A DNA stretch of 64,000 nt from Thermoanaerobaculia bacterium (GTDB lineage Bacteria; Acidobacteriota; Thermoanaerobaculia; Gp7-AA8), in NCBI GenBank assembly GCA_036380735.1, contig DASVEE010000015.1, positions 48,954 to 112,953 on the forward strand. Reading direction: 5' to 3'. Shown one piece after another: positions 28,787-39,297 of this stretch (position 1 is the first letter of the stretch; each line of letters begins with the position of its first letter). Below the pieces are notes generated by a model, which was not told the DNA's origin, made no database searches, and saw only the letters and a program-made list of their open reading frames with translations. The position numbers and the translations under genes are program-made.

Positions 28787-30333
28787 GCGAGCCCGGTTGT
28801 CTCCGCGCGCCGCTGGCGCGCTATCCGGGCTTCAATCGCTTCGTCCTCGACTGGCTTTCCTCACGGGAGAGCGCCGTGCGCTTCCTGCCGCGCGCGACGG
28901 AGCTTCGCGAGCGCGGAGCGCAGTCGCCGGAAGTCAGCCAGCGCAAAGCCGAAGTCGCGAATGCGCTGATCGCGACGAACCAGCGCTGGGGCCTCTTCGT
29001 CGAGAACGACGTCCGCCAGTGGGAGTCCGGCGAAGCGGTGACGCTCGTCGCCGGGCAGCAGGTCGGCTTCGCCGGCGGGCCGCTCTACACGCTGGCGAAG
29101 ATCGCGTCGCTCGTGCGCATGAAGCGCGACCTCGAAGCGCAAGGCCGGAAAGCGACCGCGTTCTTCTGGCTGGCGACCGAGGATCATGATTTCGACGAAG
29201 TGGCGAACATCGCGCTGCCGGTGCAGTCGATCGGCGGCGAGAAGAGCGTCAACCGGCAGCTCGACCTCCTGAAGCTGCGCGCCGTGCGCGGGCTCGACGG
29301 GCACTCCGTCGTCGGTTCGCTGCCGCTGCCCGAGGTGCTGATCGCGCAGCTCCTCTCCGTGTACGACATGCCGCGCCCGTCGTGGCTGCGCGAAGGAGTG
29401 AACTTCCGCGACTCGTTCGCGGAGCTGCTGGCCACCGTCTTCGGCGGCGAGATCGTCCTCATCGACGCACTGCAGCCGGAACTGCGCCGCGCCGCCGCAC
29501 CGCTCTTCGACGCCATCACCGCGAAGTGGGACGACGTGCAGCACGCCATCGGCGCGCGCTCGGTGGAGTTGCAGCAGGCCGGCTACGCGCAACAGGTCGT
29601 GCCGCGCGAAGGGGAGTCGTACACGCTGCTCTTTCACGTCTACGAAGACGGCACGCGCAGCGCCCTCGGGCGGCCCGAGCAGCTCGTGCCGGAGCAGACG
29701 TCGACCTCCGCGCTCACACGCCCGCTGCTGCAGGACTTCGTGCTGCAGCCGGACGTCTTCGTCGGCGGTCCCGCCGAAGTCGCCTACTACGCGCAGATCG
29801 CCCCGCTCCACGACCTCCTCGGCGTGCCGATGCCGCGCGTCGCGTTACGCGCGCACGCACTCGTCGCGCCGAAACGCAACGTGCGGGCGATGGAGCGGCT
29901 GCACATCTCCGCCGACGAAGTGTTCGCCAGCGCCGACGAGATCGTCGCCGCTCGTGAGCCTGAGGGCGTGGCGCGCGTGCGCGAGCTCGCCGACGCCGCG
30001 CACAAGGAGCTGCTGACGCGGATCGAGGAGCTCGGGCAGATCGCGCTGCCGGCCGATCACGCGCTGGCGCGCGCGTTCAACCGTTCCGTCGGCCACATCG
30101 AGTTTCATTTCGGGAAGCTCGCCGAGCGCTCCATCAAAGGGCTCGTGCGGAAGGACAAGGAGCGTCACGCCGCCGTGCGCGAGCTCGTGGCCACGCTCTA
30201 TCCCGACCGTCACGTGCAGGACCGCGTCGTGTCGTGGTTCTCGTACTGGTGCCACTATGATCGGTACCTCGTCGACCGTCTGATCGACTGCGTCGAGCCC
30301 GATTCCGATTCCTTTGTGATCGTAGGTCTATGA
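28783..30333 (+). CDS. bshC: Bacillithiol biosynthesis cysteine-adding enzyme BshC
   Basis: 516 aa; BshC/YllA-family architecture and length; sits in an operon with bshB and bshA. Confidence 0.65.
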   Translation: MSEPGCLRAPLARYPGFNRFVLDWLSSRESAVRFLPRATELRERGAQSPEVSQRKAEVANALIATNQRWGLFVENDVRQWESGEAVTLVAGQQVGFAGGPLYTLAKIASLVRMKRDLEAQGRKATAFFWLATEDHDFDEVANIALPVQSIGGEKSVNRQLDLLKLRAVRGLDGHSVVGSLPLPEVLIAQLLSVYDMPRPSWLREGVNFRDSFAELLATVFGGEIVLIDALQPELRRAAAPLFDAITAKWDDVQHAIGARSVELQQAGYAQQVVPREGESYTLLFHVYEDGTRSALGRPEQLVPEQTSTSALTRPLLQDFVLQPDVFVGGPAEVAYYAQIAPLHDLLGVPMPRVALRAHALVAPKRNVRAMERLHISADEVFASADEIVAAREPEGVARVRELADAAHKELLTRIEELGQIALPADHALARAFNRSVGHIEFHFGKLAERSIKGLVRKDKERHAAVRELVATLYPDRHVQDRVVSWFSYWCHYDRYLVDRLIDCVEPDSDSFVIVGL

Positions 30334-31052
30334 GCGAACAAGTCGACATCATCTTCTTCGGCGCGCATCCGGACGACGTCGAGCTCTCCTGCGGCGGCAC
30401 CGTCGCCAAATTCGTGAAAGACGGCGTGCGCGTCGGCATGGTGGACCTCACGCGCGGCGAGATGGGGACGCGCGGCACGCCGCAGACGCGGAAGCGCGAA
30501 GCCGCCGCCTCGGCGAAGATTCTCGGCGCGGCCTTCCGCGAGCAGCTCGACTTCGGCGACGGCGACCTCCGCACCGGCCGCGAGGAACAGTTGCAGGTCA
30601 TCGACGTCATCCGCCGCTACCGGCCGAAGGTCATCTTCACCGCGTGGCCGGACGAGCGTCATCCCGATCACGAGCGCGGCGGCCGGCTGGTCACCGAAGC
30701 CTCGTTCTACGCCGGCCTCAAAGCGCTGGAGACCAAGTACCCCGTGCACCGGCCGCAGACCGTCGTGTACTACCTGCAGAACTACGTCCTCGCGCCGACG
30801 TTCGTCGTCGACGTGACGAGCGCGTGGAAGACGAAGATGCGCTCCGTCGCCGCGTTCAAGTCGCAGTTCTACGACCCGAATTCGAAAGAGCCGAAGACGG
30901 TGCTCTCCGACCCCAGGTTCCTCGAAATGATCGACGCCCGCGGCCGCCACTTCGGCGCGTTGATCGGCGTGAAGTACGGCGAAGCGTTCCTCACGAAACA
31001 GCCGCCGCGGATCGATGATGTGGTGGCTGCGTACAGCGGGCGTGAGGTCTAG
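30330..31052 (+). CDS. bshB: Bacillithiol biosynthesis deacetylase BshB (LmbE/PIG-L family)
   Basis: IIFFGAHPDDVELSCGGT...HPDH LmbE motifs. Confidence 0.75.
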   Translation: MSEQVDIIFFGAHPDDVELSCGGTVAKFVKDGVRVGMVDLTRGEMGTRGTPQTRKREAAASAKILGAAFREQLDFGDGDLRTGREEQLQVIDVIRRYRPKVIFTAWPDERHPDHERGGRLVTEASFYAGLKALETKYPVHRPQTVVYYLQNYVLAPTFVVDVTSAWKTKMRSVAAFKSQFYDPNSKEPKTVLSDPRFLEMIDARGRHFGALIGVKYGEAFLTKQPPRIDDVVAAYSGREV

Positions 31053-32165
31053 ATGAGAATCGGCATCACCTGCTATCCCACTTTCGGCGGTTCCGGCGTC
31101 GTGGCCACGGAGCTCGGTCTCGCCCTGGCGAAGCGGGGCGACGACGTGCACTTCATCAGCTACGCGCTGCCGTCGCGGCTGAACATCCTCCACGAGCGCG
31201 TGCACTTCCACGAGGTCACGGTCACGCCGTACCCGCTGTTCGATCCGTATCCTCCGTACACGCTCGCCCTGGCGACGAAGATGGCAGAGGTCGCGGCGTA
31301 CGAGCGGCTCGACGTGCTGCACGTCCACTACGCGATCCCCCATGCGATCAGCGCGCATCTCGCGAAGCAGATCCTGGCGAACCAGAAGCTGAAGGTCGTC
31401 ACCACGCTGCACGGCACCGACATTACGCTCGTCGGCCGCGACCCCAGCTACCTGCCCATCACCAAGTTTGGCATCGAGGTATCGGACGGCGTCACGGCTG
31501 TCTCGCAGTGGCTGAAGCGGGAGACGGCGCAGAACTTCGCGACCGACAAAGCCATCGAGGTGATCCCCAACTTCGTCGACCCGCAGCGCTTCCGCCGCAC
31601 CGACCAGGCGTATTGCCGGCAGTTCGGCGCGCCGGGCGACAAGCTGCTCTGCCACGTCTCCAACTTCCGCCCGGTGAAACGGATCATGGACGTCGTGGAG
31701 GTCTTCGAGCGCGTCGCGCGTGAAGTCCCGAGCCGCCTGCTGATGGTCGGCGACGGCCCCGATCGTTCGCGCGCCGAGGCGTACTGCCGCGATCACGGCC
31801 TCCGCGACCGCGTCATCTTCATCGGCAGCGTCCCCAACCTGGAAGAGATCGTCGGCTCCACGGACCTCTTCCTGCTGCCCTCGGACGCCGAGTCGTTCGG
31901 TATGGCGGCGCTGGAAGCGCTGGCCTGCGAAGTCCCGGTCATCGCCACGCGCGCCGGAGGCCTACCCGAGGTCGTCGACGACGGCGAAACCGGCTTCCTG
32001 CTGCCGGTGGCGGATGTCGACGGCATGGCTGCCAGAGCCATCGAGATCCTGCGCGACGACGCCCTGCGGAAGAAAATGGGCGCCCGCGGCCGGGAACTGG
32101 CCATTGAGAGGTTCGACGTGAACCGGATTGTGCCCAAGTACCGCGAACTGTACGAAAGCGTGTAG
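31053..32165 (+). CDS. bshA: N-acetyl-alpha-D-glucosaminyl L-malate synthase BshA (GT4 glycosyltransferase)
   Basis: [22 protein letters not shown]... GT4 fold; adjacent to bshB and bshC. Confidence 0.7.
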   Translation: MRIGITCYPTFGGSGVVATELGLALAKRGDDVHFISYALPSRLNILHERVHFHEVTVTPYPLFDPYPPYTLALATKMAEVAAYERLDVLHVHYAIPHAISAHLAKQILANQKLKVVTTLHGTDITLVGRDPSYLPITKFGIEVSDGVTAVSQWLKRETAQNFATDKAIEVIPNFVDPQRFRRTDQAYCRQFGAPGDKLLCHVSNFRPVKRIMDVVEVFERVAREVPSRLLMVGDGPDRSRAEAYCRDHGLRDRVIFIGSVPNLEEIVGSTDLFLLPSDAESFGMAALEALACEVPVIATRAGGLPEVVDDGETGFLLPVADVDGMAARAIEILRDDALRKKMGARGRELAIERFDVNRIVPKYRELYESV

Positions 32166-32170
32166 CAGGG

Positions 32171-32296
32171 GAACGATAGGACCTATAGGACGAATAGCAC
32201 CTATAGGACGGATAGGACCCCGCCACCCGAGATCCGCCTTTGACGTTGTCCTCTAGGTCCCATCCGTCCCATCCGTCCTATAGGTCCTATCGTCCC
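32171..32296. repeat. Tandem-repeat-armed hairpin element (ATAGGAC 9-mer arms) between bshA and the slt gene
   Basis: aacgataggacctataggacgaatagcacctataggacggataggac ... gtcctctaggtcccatccgtcccatccgtcctataggtcctatcgtcccc. Confidence 0.8.
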
Positions 32297-32297
32297 C

Positions 32298-34718
32298 TCA
32301 CGGTTCCGCGCGAATGCCGCCAGCCGGGCCACTTCCTCCGTAGATCTCGTTGTACCTTTCGTACGAGTTCATCACTTTGCGGATGTAGTGTTTCGTCTCG
32401 TCGAAGTTAACGGAGGACAGGAAGAAGTCATCCCCTGCGGCGGGCTGGATGCGCGACCACAGGGCGACCTGTTTCGGGCCGGCGTTGTAGGCCGCGGCGA
32501 CGCGGTAGCGGTTGCCGCCGAGTTGCTCCGACAGTTCGCTGACGTACTTGGCGCCGAGCTGGATGATCACCCTCGGGTCGTACAGATCCTCCGGGTCGAC
32601 GTCGACGAGGCCGATGCCGCGGCCGATCTCGCGTGCGGTGGTGATGATGAACTGCAGCAGGCCGCGCGCCGCCGCGACCGACTTTGCGCGCGGGTTGAAG
32701 CGCGACTCTTCGCGCATGATCGACAGCACGAGCGTCGGGTCGGCGCCGAAGCGTTTGGCGTCGGCCGTGATGAACTCGTGGAAGTAGCGCGGGTAGAGCA
32801 GCTCGCGCACGCGGCGCGGCAGCAGCTCCGGGTAGAAGTCCTTCGGCACGCGGTTCATCATCACTTCGATCGCGTAGATCGATTCGCGCGACGCGCTCCC
32901 TCGGTTCAGCGCCAGCGAGCGCGTCAGCGCTTCCTTCGCCGGGCGCAGGTCCCACCGCCGGGTGATGTCGTCGACCGCTTCGTCGTGCAGCCCCATCGCC
33001 ATCAGCAGCAGCGCGCGGTTGTCCGACTCCATCGGGAGCTTCGGGAACGCGTGCGGCTCGAGCGACAGCACCGCCTTGTAGACGCCGAGCTGCTCGTAGA
33101 TCTGGCGCAGGATCGCGAGCTGCTTCGCGTGATCGCGCGACGACAGCAGCAGGCGATCCGTCTGGATCTCCTTCGCTTCCTCGAACTTCTTCTCCGCCAT
33201 CAGCGTGCGCACCTGCGCTTCGCGGCGCGCCAGCTCCTGCGCCAGGCGCGGCGCCATCTGCGCCGAGTCGAGCCGCCGCCGCGCAAAGTACGCAAAGTGC
33301 GCCGGGACGTCGGAGCGCAGGACCGTCAGGTAGTCGCGGAACGCACCCGCGGGATCGCCCGCTTCGAGGGCACGCGCTCGCCAGTACGCAAACTCCGCTT
33401 CGTCGTAGCCGTCGAGCAGCGCGCGCGGCACGGCGTTCAGCGTGCCCACCGCGGCGGTGTGCTGGTTGCGGCCGATCATGCCGATCGCATACGCCAGCGA
33501 CCCTTCGAGCACCGCGCGCTCGTTCGGCGCCAGCTTGCGCAGCAGCGCGAGATCGCCTTGCGCTTCGGCCAGACGTCCGGCGCGTAGCCGCGTACGCAAC
33601 CGCTGCGTCAGCGCGGCCAGCGTCGCAGGGAACTTCCCCGGGATGGCGATCGACTGCGTCATCAGCTTCTCGGCCGTTGCATCGTCGCCGCGCAACTGCG
33701 CCGCACGCGCGGCGTGCCAGAGGAACGTGACCTTCTGCTCCGGCTTTTGCGTCGCCGCCGCACCGGCCAGGTACGTCCGCTGCGCCTCGGCGAACTGCTC
33801 GTTGCCGAAGTAGCTGCGCCCGAGGGCGAAGCGGAGATCGTCGGCGCGCTGGGGGAGGCGGGGGATGGCCATCGACAGCAGCGCCACGGCGCGCGCGTAG
33901 TGGCGGTGATTGCGGAACGTTTCGCCGAGGAGCGCCCACTGCTCCGGGTTCATGCGGCGGATCAGCTCCGGACGGTCGAGCGCGCGCGAGATGCGGTCGG
34001 ACGCGTCGTCCGTCGAGTTGCCGCGCAGCAGCGGGATCCCGTTCGCCAGCGCGCGCTCCTCGTCGCCGCCGCGTACGAGCGTGGCCACGATGCGTGCGTC
34101 GATGTCGCGTTTCTGCTGCGGCGTGGCCGTCACGTTAAGGCGCATGGCGAACGAGAGGAGGGGCCGTGCGTCCTCGAGCCCGCCGAGGTATTCCAGCTCC
34201 TCCTCGATGGCGGTGTCGCGATACATCGCGTCGGGCATGCTGAAGATCAGCGTGTGGCGCGTCTTGCTCGCCGCGGCCGCGTCTCCGCCGGCGTCATCGA
34301 GCGCGGCGCGGTGATACAGCGCCAGCTCGCGGAACGGATTCCCCTCGGCCAGAAACGGCGCGAGGCGCTGTCCCGCTTCCTCGCGGTCGTTCTCCTCGAT
34401 GAGCGCGCGGGCGTGGAGGTAGCCGAGCGACCACTGCTGGTACTCCTTCGGATGCTTCTTCTCGATCTCGTCGAGGAGGTCGTCGAGCGCCGAGGGGTTC
34501 AGTTGCTGGAAGGTCTCGGTCCACTGCTCGACCGGCGGGATGCCGGCGGGCGGTTGCGGTTTCACCTCTCCCGCGGTCGTGCGGAAGACGCGATGGCGGC
34601 GGACGCGCTGCCGGGCGAGGTAGATGGCGGCGAGGGTGACGATCAGGACGAGAGCGACGAGACTGAGGAGGATTACGCGTCGTGGGACGCGTCGATGTTC
34701 ATCGTGTTTCTCGGTCAT
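32298..34718 (-). CDS. Soluble lytic murein transglycosylase (Slt family) with long superhelical N-terminal domain
   Basis: C-terminal SLT catalytic motif (ESRFNPRAKSVAAARGLLQFI...AYNAGP); 806 aa. Confidence 0.8.
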   Translation of the reverse strand: MTEKHDEHRRVPRRVILLSLVALVLIVTLAAIYLARQRVRRHRVFRTTAGEVKPQPPAGIPPVEQWTETFQQLNPSALDDLLDEIEKKHPKEYQQWSLGYLHARALIEENDREEAGQRLAPFLAEGNPFRELALYHRAALDDAGGDAAAASKTRHTLIFSMPDAMYRDTAIEEELEYLGGLEDARPLLSFAMRLNVTATPQQKRDIDARIVATLVRGGDEERALANGIPLLRGNSTDDASDRISRALDRPELIRRMNPEQWALLGETFRNHRHYARAVALLSMAIPRLPQRADDLRFALGRSYFGNEQFAEAQRTYLAGAAATQKPEQKVTFLWHAARAAQLRGDDATAEKLMTQSIAIPGKFPATLAALTQRLRTRLRAGRLAEAQGDLALLRKLAPNERAVLEGSLAYAIGMIGRNQHTAAVGTLNAVPRALLDGYDEAEFAYWRARALEAGDPAGAFRDYLTVLRSDVPAHFAYFARRRLDSAQMAPRLAQELARREAQVRTLMAEKKFEEAKEIQTDRLLLSSRDHAKQLAILRQIYEQLGVYKAVLSLEPHAFPKLPMESDNRALLLMAMGLHDEAVDDITRRWDLRPAKEALTRSLALNRGSASRESIYAIEVMMNRVPKDFYPELLPRRVRELLYPRYFHEFITADAKRFGADPTLVLSIMREESRFNPRAKSVAAARGLLQFIITTAREIGRGIGLVDVDPEDLYDPRVIIQLGAKYVSELSEQLGGNRYRVAAAYNAGPKQVALWSRIQPAAGDDFFLSSVNFDETKHYIRKVMNSYERYNEIYGGSGPAGGIRAEP

Positions 34719-35157
34719 CGTTGGTTTTCTCGATGAGCGTTCCGGATCGGATCGCCTGCGGAGCCCGCCTCAGGATCTCCGCGCGTGCAATCGCGTAGCC
34801 AAGGATGGCGTCCACGAGCAGCCGGCGCCCGTCAGCGGACAGCAGAATGAGCACTTTCCGGCGCACTTCCCGGACCTCGACGATGTCTTCCCACCGCATC
34901 CAGCGGCCCCGGCGGCCGAACAGCTTGAGCAGCCGGTTCTCGTACTTCACCCCCTCGGGCGCCACGTAGATGTGATCGCCGTACTGCATGACGAAGCCGG
35001 CGAGGGTGCCGAAGAAGAGGAGCGCCAGGCCGATCAGGACGAGGATGCTGTAGTCGTTCGGATGCTCCGCCAGGTACATGAAGAAGATCGCCGCCGACCC
35101 GAACGTCGCCGCGCAGGAAACGAGGCGGGAAATGGGCGGGCGCTCGAAGACCAGCAT
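34699..35157 (-). CDS. Membrane-anchored bacterial PH-domain protein (DUF304-like)
   Basis: Two N-terminal TM helices followed by a bPH_2-like segment. Confidence 0.4.
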   Translation of the reverse strand: MLVFERPPISRLVSCAATFGSAAIFFMYLAEHPNDYSILVLIGLALLFFGTLAGFVMQYGDHIYVAPEGVKYENRLLKLFGRRGRWMRWEDIVEVREVRRKVLILLSADGRRLLVDAILGYAIARAEILRRAPQAIRSGTLIEKTNDDRETR

Positions 35158-35216
35158 TCGGGCGGAATTGTATGGGACCTCCTCGAAAACACGCCCTGCT
35201 ACAATCCCGGTCCTTT

Positions 35217-36947
35217 ATGCGCTGGTCTCAATACTTCCTCAACACGCTCCGTGAAGTCCCCTCGGATGCCGACGTCATCTCGCAGAAGCTGATGATGCGG
35301 TCCGGGATGATCCGTAAGGTCGCTGCCGGCATCTATACATACCTGCCGCTCGGCCTCCGCTCCATCCGCAAGCTCGAGAACATCGTCCGCGAAGAGATGA
35401 ACCGCGCGGGCGCGGCCGAGCTGCTGATGCCGGCCATCCAGCCGGCCGAGCTCTGGATGGAATCGGGGCGCTGGCAGAAGTACGGGAAGGAGCTCCTGCG
35501 CATCAAGGACCGTCACGACCGCGACTTCGTGTTCGGCCCCACGCACGAGGAAGTCATCACCGAGTCGGTGCGCGACGCCATCTCCTCGTACCGCCAGCTC
35601 CCGATCAACCTCTACCAGATCCAGACGAAGTTCCGCGATGAAGTGCGGCCCCGCTTCGGCCTGATGCGCGGCCGCGAGTTCATTATGAAGGACGCGTACT
35701 CCTTCCACACGAGCCGCGAGTCGCTCGACGAGACGTACGACAAGATGCGCGAGGCCTACACGCGCATCTTCCACCGCTGCGCGCTGGATCACGTCCCGGT
35801 CGAAGCCGACACCGGCAACATCGGCGGCTCGGCGTCGCACGAGTTCATGGTGCTGGCCGGTTCCGGCGAGGACGCGGTCGTGAGCTGCCCCAGCTGCCGG
35901 TACGGCGCGAACATGGAGAAGGCCACGTCGAAGTTCTTCAGCGACGAGCCGGAGCCGGCGCCCGCGCAGCTCGAAGAGCTCGCGCCGCTGCACACCCCCG
36001 GCACGCAGTCGATCGACGACGTCGGCAAGTTCCTCGGCAAACCGACCTCCCAGCTCGTCAAGACGCTGATCTTCGACACCGACCTCGGGCCGGTGATGGT
36101 CCTCGTGCGCGGCGACCGCGAAGGCAACGAGGTCAAGATCAAGAACCACCTCGGCGCGCAGTGGATGGAGATGCTCCCGGACTCCCGCTTCGAAGCGGAG
36201 ACCGGCGGCGTCGTCGGCTACTGCGGCCCGGTCGGGACGAAGTGCAAGCGCGTGCTCGCCGACGTCTCGCTCAAAGGCTTCAAGCGCTGGATCATCGGCG
36301 GCAACAAGAAGGACACGCACCTCGACCACGCCTCACCAGGCCGCGATTTCCCCGAGCCGGAGTACGGCGACTTCACGACGGTTTACGCCGGCGACGCGTG
36401 CCCCCGCTGCGGCACCGCGCTGGAGATCTACCGCGGCATCGAGGTCGGCCACATCTTCAAGCTCGGGACGAAGTACTCCGAGGCGATGCACTGCGAGTAT
36501 CTCGACGAGAAGGGGCAGCGCGTTCCGATGATCATGGGGTGCTACGGCCTCGGCATCGGCCGCACCGTCGCCTCCGCCGTCGAGCAGAGCCACGACGACG
36601 ACGGCATCATCTGGCCCATGCCGATCGCGCCGTTCGAGGTGGTCGTCACCTCGGTCGGCAAGGACGAAGCGGTCATCGCCGAGGCGACGCGGATCTACTC
36701 GGAGCTGCTTGCGGCCGGTGTCGACGTGCTGCTCGACGATCGTGACGAGCGTCCCGGGGTGAAGTTCAAGGACGCCGATCTGGTCGGCTTCCCTCTCCGG
36801 GTAGTCATCGGCGGTAAGAGCCTGGCGAACGGCCAGATCGAATGGAGCTGGCGCAAAGACAAGGAGAAGCAACTCTCCACCCCGCAGGAGATCGTCGGCT
36901 TGATCGGTGAGCACGTGCGCACGGGACGTCTGGCCGGGATTCAGTGA
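35217..36947 (+). CDS. proS: Proline--tRNA ligase
   Basis: MRWSQYFLNTLREVPSDADVISQKLMMRSGMIRKV...; class II aaRS motifs and a C-terminal anticodon-binding domain. Confidence 0.9.
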   Translation: MRWSQYFLNTLREVPSDADVISQKLMMRSGMIRKVAAGIYTYLPLGLRSIRKLENIVREEMNRAGAAELLMPAIQPAELWMESGRWQKYGKELLRIKDRHDRDFVFGPTHEEVITESVRDAISSYRQLPINLYQIQTKFRDEVRPRFGLMRGREFIMKDAYSFHTSRESLDETYDKMREAYTRIFHRCALDHVPVEADTGNIGGSASHEFMVLAGSGEDAVVSCPSCRYGANMEKATSKFFSDEPEPAPAQLEELAPLHTPGTQSIDDVGKFLGKPTSQLVKTLIFDTDLGPVMVLVRGDREGNEVKIKNHLGAQWMEMLPDSRFEAETGGVVGYCGPVGTKCKRVLADVSLKGFKRWIIGGNKKDTHLDHASPGRDFPEPEYGDFTTVYAGDACPRCGTALEIYRGIEVGHIFKLGTKYSEAMHCEYLDEKGQRVPMIMGCYGLGIGRTVASAVEQSHDDDGIIWPMPIAPFEVVVTSVGKDEAVIAEATRIYSELLAAGVDVLLDDRDERPGVKFKDADLVGFPLRVVIGGKSLANGQIEWSWRKDKEKQLSTPQEIVGLIGEHVRTGRLAGIQ

Positions 36948-36955
36948 TCTAGCCC

Positions 36956-37027
36956 GAGGACGAATAGGACCTATGGGACGCCCTATTTGTCCCATCTGTC
37001 CTATAGGTCCTATTCGTCCTATCGAGC
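36956..37027. repeat. Tandem-repeat-armed hairpin element (ATAGGAC 9-mer arms, very short loop)
   Basis: gaggacgaataggacctatgggacg-ccctatttgtcccatctgtcctataggtcctattcgtcctatcgagcc. Confidence 0.75.
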
Positions 37028-37048
37028 CCATGCCCTAAACTCAGCAGC

Positions 37049-38455
37049 ATGCGTATCCGCACTTTGACCGTTTTTCTTGCGTTCGCCCTGACGGCGGGCG
37101 TTCACGCCCAGAACACCGACATCGAGGCTCTGGCCGGGCTGCAGTTCAACTTCGGGAACCCCGGGGCCCGTTCGCTCGGCATGGGCGGCGCGTTCCTCGG
37201 GCTGGCTGACGATGCTTCGGCGGCCGAGGCGAATCCCGCCGGGTTGTCGATCCTGAGGAAGGCGGAGGTCTCGCTCGAGGTCCGCAACTACCTCGAGAAC
37301 CAGATCCTCACCACCAGCGGCACCTTCCCCGACTTCGAGCGCACCGCGTTCGGCCACCACAGCGACCGCGCCGTCATCAGCTTCGCCAGCGCCGTCGTCC
37401 CGGTGCGCAACTTCACCTTCGGCGCCTACTTCCACGAGCCGCTGCGCAACCAGGGCGCCGGGGCCGTCATCCCGCAGCGCAATCCGCTGACCGGACAGAT
37501 CGAGAAAGACCTCCCGGTCTTCTACATGGAGCAGCAGAACAACCAGCCGATCGGCGGGCCGCTCAGCTTCGAGGAGTGCGAAGCCGTCAAGGACCGCAAC
37601 AACGATCCGTTCTCCTGCCTCGGCTATGAGGTCTTCCCCTTCATCTCCGCGCTCGACGTCCAGCAGCGCACGTTCGGCGTCGCCGGTGCGTGGCAGGTGA
37701 CGCCGAAGTTCTCCGTCGGCGCCACCGCGCGCTACCACACGTTCAAAGAGGACGCGTTCACCTTCCGCATCGACCGCTTCTTCAACTTCGTCGGCTACGC
37801 CGTGCAGGCCACCGGCGATGTGAGTGAAGACGGCACCGAGATCGAGATCAAGGAAGAGACCGACTTCACCTTCACCGCCGGCTTCAAGTGGGCGCCGAGC
37901 GACAAGCTCAGCTTCGGCGGCGTGTACAAGAAGGGTCCGACCTTCGACGCGCCGACGTTCCTCGCCACCGACGCCACCGACCGTCTCTTCGTGCGCGTCG
38001 GCAACACCGAGTTCCACACGCCGGACGTGGCGGGCCTCGGCGTCTCGTACCGCCCGATCCCGGTGCTGACGATCAACTTCGACGCGGTGCACGTGAAGTA
38101 CACGAACCTCGTCGACGACTTCACCACGACCGTGGCCATCGGCGACCTCGATGAGCCGTACATCACCCACGACGTCACCGAGCTCCACCTCGGCGGCGAA
38201 TACTTCTTCGCCACCCGCATCCCGTTCGCCATCCGCGCCGGCTACTGGCGCGAGCCGGCCCACGCCATCGAGTACAACGGGCCCCTCGACACCCCGGACC
38301 GCATCGCGGCCGCGTTCATCTATCCCGAGGGGAAGGACCAGAACCACTTCTCCATCGGCGCCGGCATCGCGCTGCCGCGGTTCCAGATCGACTTTGCGTA
38401 CGACACGTCGGACACGTACAAGGTCGGATCGATCTCGATGGTGACTCGGTTCTAG
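37049..38455 (+). CDS. Outer-membrane beta-barrel protein, FadL/TodX-like (or PorV-like)
   Basis: Signal peptide, then GARSLGMGGAFLGLADDASAAEANPAGL, the conserved N-terminal hatch motif of the FadL/OMPP1 family. Confidence 0.6.
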   Translation: MRIRTLTVFLAFALTAGVHAQNTDIEALAGLQFNFGNPGARSLGMGGAFLGLADDASAAEANPAGLSILRKAEVSLEVRNYLENQILTTSGTFPDFERTAFGHHSDRAVISFASAVVPVRNFTFGAYFHEPLRNQGAGAVIPQRNPLTGQIEKDLPVFYMEQQNNQPIGGPLSFEECEAVKDRNNDPFSCLGYEVFPFISALDVQQRTFGVAGAWQVTPKFSVGATARYHTFKEDAFTFRIDRFFNFVGYAVQATGDVSEDGTEIEIKEETDFTFTAGFKWAPSDKLSFGGVYKKGPTFDAPTFLATDATDRLFVRVGNTEFHTPDVAGLGVSYRPIPVLTINFDAVHVKYTNLVDDFTTTVAIGDLDEPYITHDVTELHLGGEYFFATRIPFAIRAGYWREPAHAIEYNGPLDTPDRIAAAFIYPEGKDQNHFSIGAGIALPRFQIDFAYDTSDTYKVGSISMVTRF

Positions 38456-38545
38456 GAATTGAGAATTCCGAATTGAGAATTGAGAATTGGCTTCGCTGGC
38501 CGGTGCGCAGCTATCTCAATTCTCAATTCCCCAATTCTCAATTCC
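38456..38545. repeat. Tandem-repeat-armed hairpin element (GAATTGA heptamer arms), core GGCTTCGCTGGCCGGTGCGCAGC
   Basis: gaattgagaattccgaattgagaattgagaattg-gcttcgctggccggtgcgcagctatc-tcaattctcaattccccaattctcaattcc; the right arm overlaps the last codons of the VanX-like gene. Confidence 0.85.
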
Positions 38546-39230
38546 GGATCTCCGTCAGCGGCACGTTCATCAGGTCGAACCTCTGCCACCCGCCAAAGTC
38601 GTAGTGCCACCATTCCGACGGCAGCGGTTCGAAGCCGTGCTTCACCATCACGTCACGTAGCCTTGCGCGATTGACCAGCACGTCGGCCGACAGGTCGTTG
38701 AAGTCGTGGCGGGCTCTCGGGGTGAAGTCGTCGTACGGGGTGGGCATCGCCAGCTCTTCGCCGGTGCGCAGGTCGATCAGCGTCAGATCGACCGCCGCGC
38801 CGCGGTTGTGGCGCGAGCCCTTCGACGGATCGGCAACGTAGTCGGGGTTCTTGATCGGCTCCCACATCCGTTCCGTGATGCTGTAGGGGCGGTAGCCGTC
38901 GAAGACCTTCAGCCCGAGACCGTCGGCGGCGAGCTCCTGCTGCACGGCGGCGAGAGCTCGTGCGGCGGGCGCGCGGAGATACGCCTTTGCCACCGGGTAC
39001 AGCGTCGTCTTCATGAAGTTGTTGTCGGTGGCGTAGCGGATGTCGAGACGCACGCCGGGAATGGTGGAGAGGTCGACGAGACGCGTCTCCGCGTTAGCAG
39101 CGGCGAGCCGCTCGTACGTCGCGGCGTCAGGGACGACGCGCAGCCCGTATCGGTTGGCGGGGATGTCGGGCGCGGAGGCGCAGGCGGCAACCAGCAGCAG
39201 AAGCGGGATCAGACGTCGCATGCCGCGCAT
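38538..39230 (-). CDS. D-Ala-D-Ala dipeptidase (VanX/DdpX, peptidase M15D), secreted
   Basis: ...SRHNRGAAVDLTLID...E...HYDF motifs, so His/Asp/His zinc ligands are present; signal peptide; the last codons lie inside a repeat-hairpin arm. Confidence 0.7.
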   Translation of the reverse strand: MRGMRRLIPLLLLVAACASAPDIPANRYGLRVVPDAATYERLAAANAETRLVDLSTIPGVRLDIRYATDNNFMKTTLYPVAKAYLRAPAARALAAVQQELAADGLGLKVFDGYRPYSITERMWEPIKNPDYVADPSKGSRHNRGAAVDLTLIDLRTGEELAMPTPYDDFTPRARHDFNDLSADVLVNRARLRDVMVKHGFEPLPSEWWHYDFGGWQRFDLMNVPLTEIRN

Positions 39231-39297
39231 GCTACCGCCCCTTCGCCCCATTCGTCCCCTCCCCCCGCTCGATCCACCCGGTGATACCTTACGCGCG

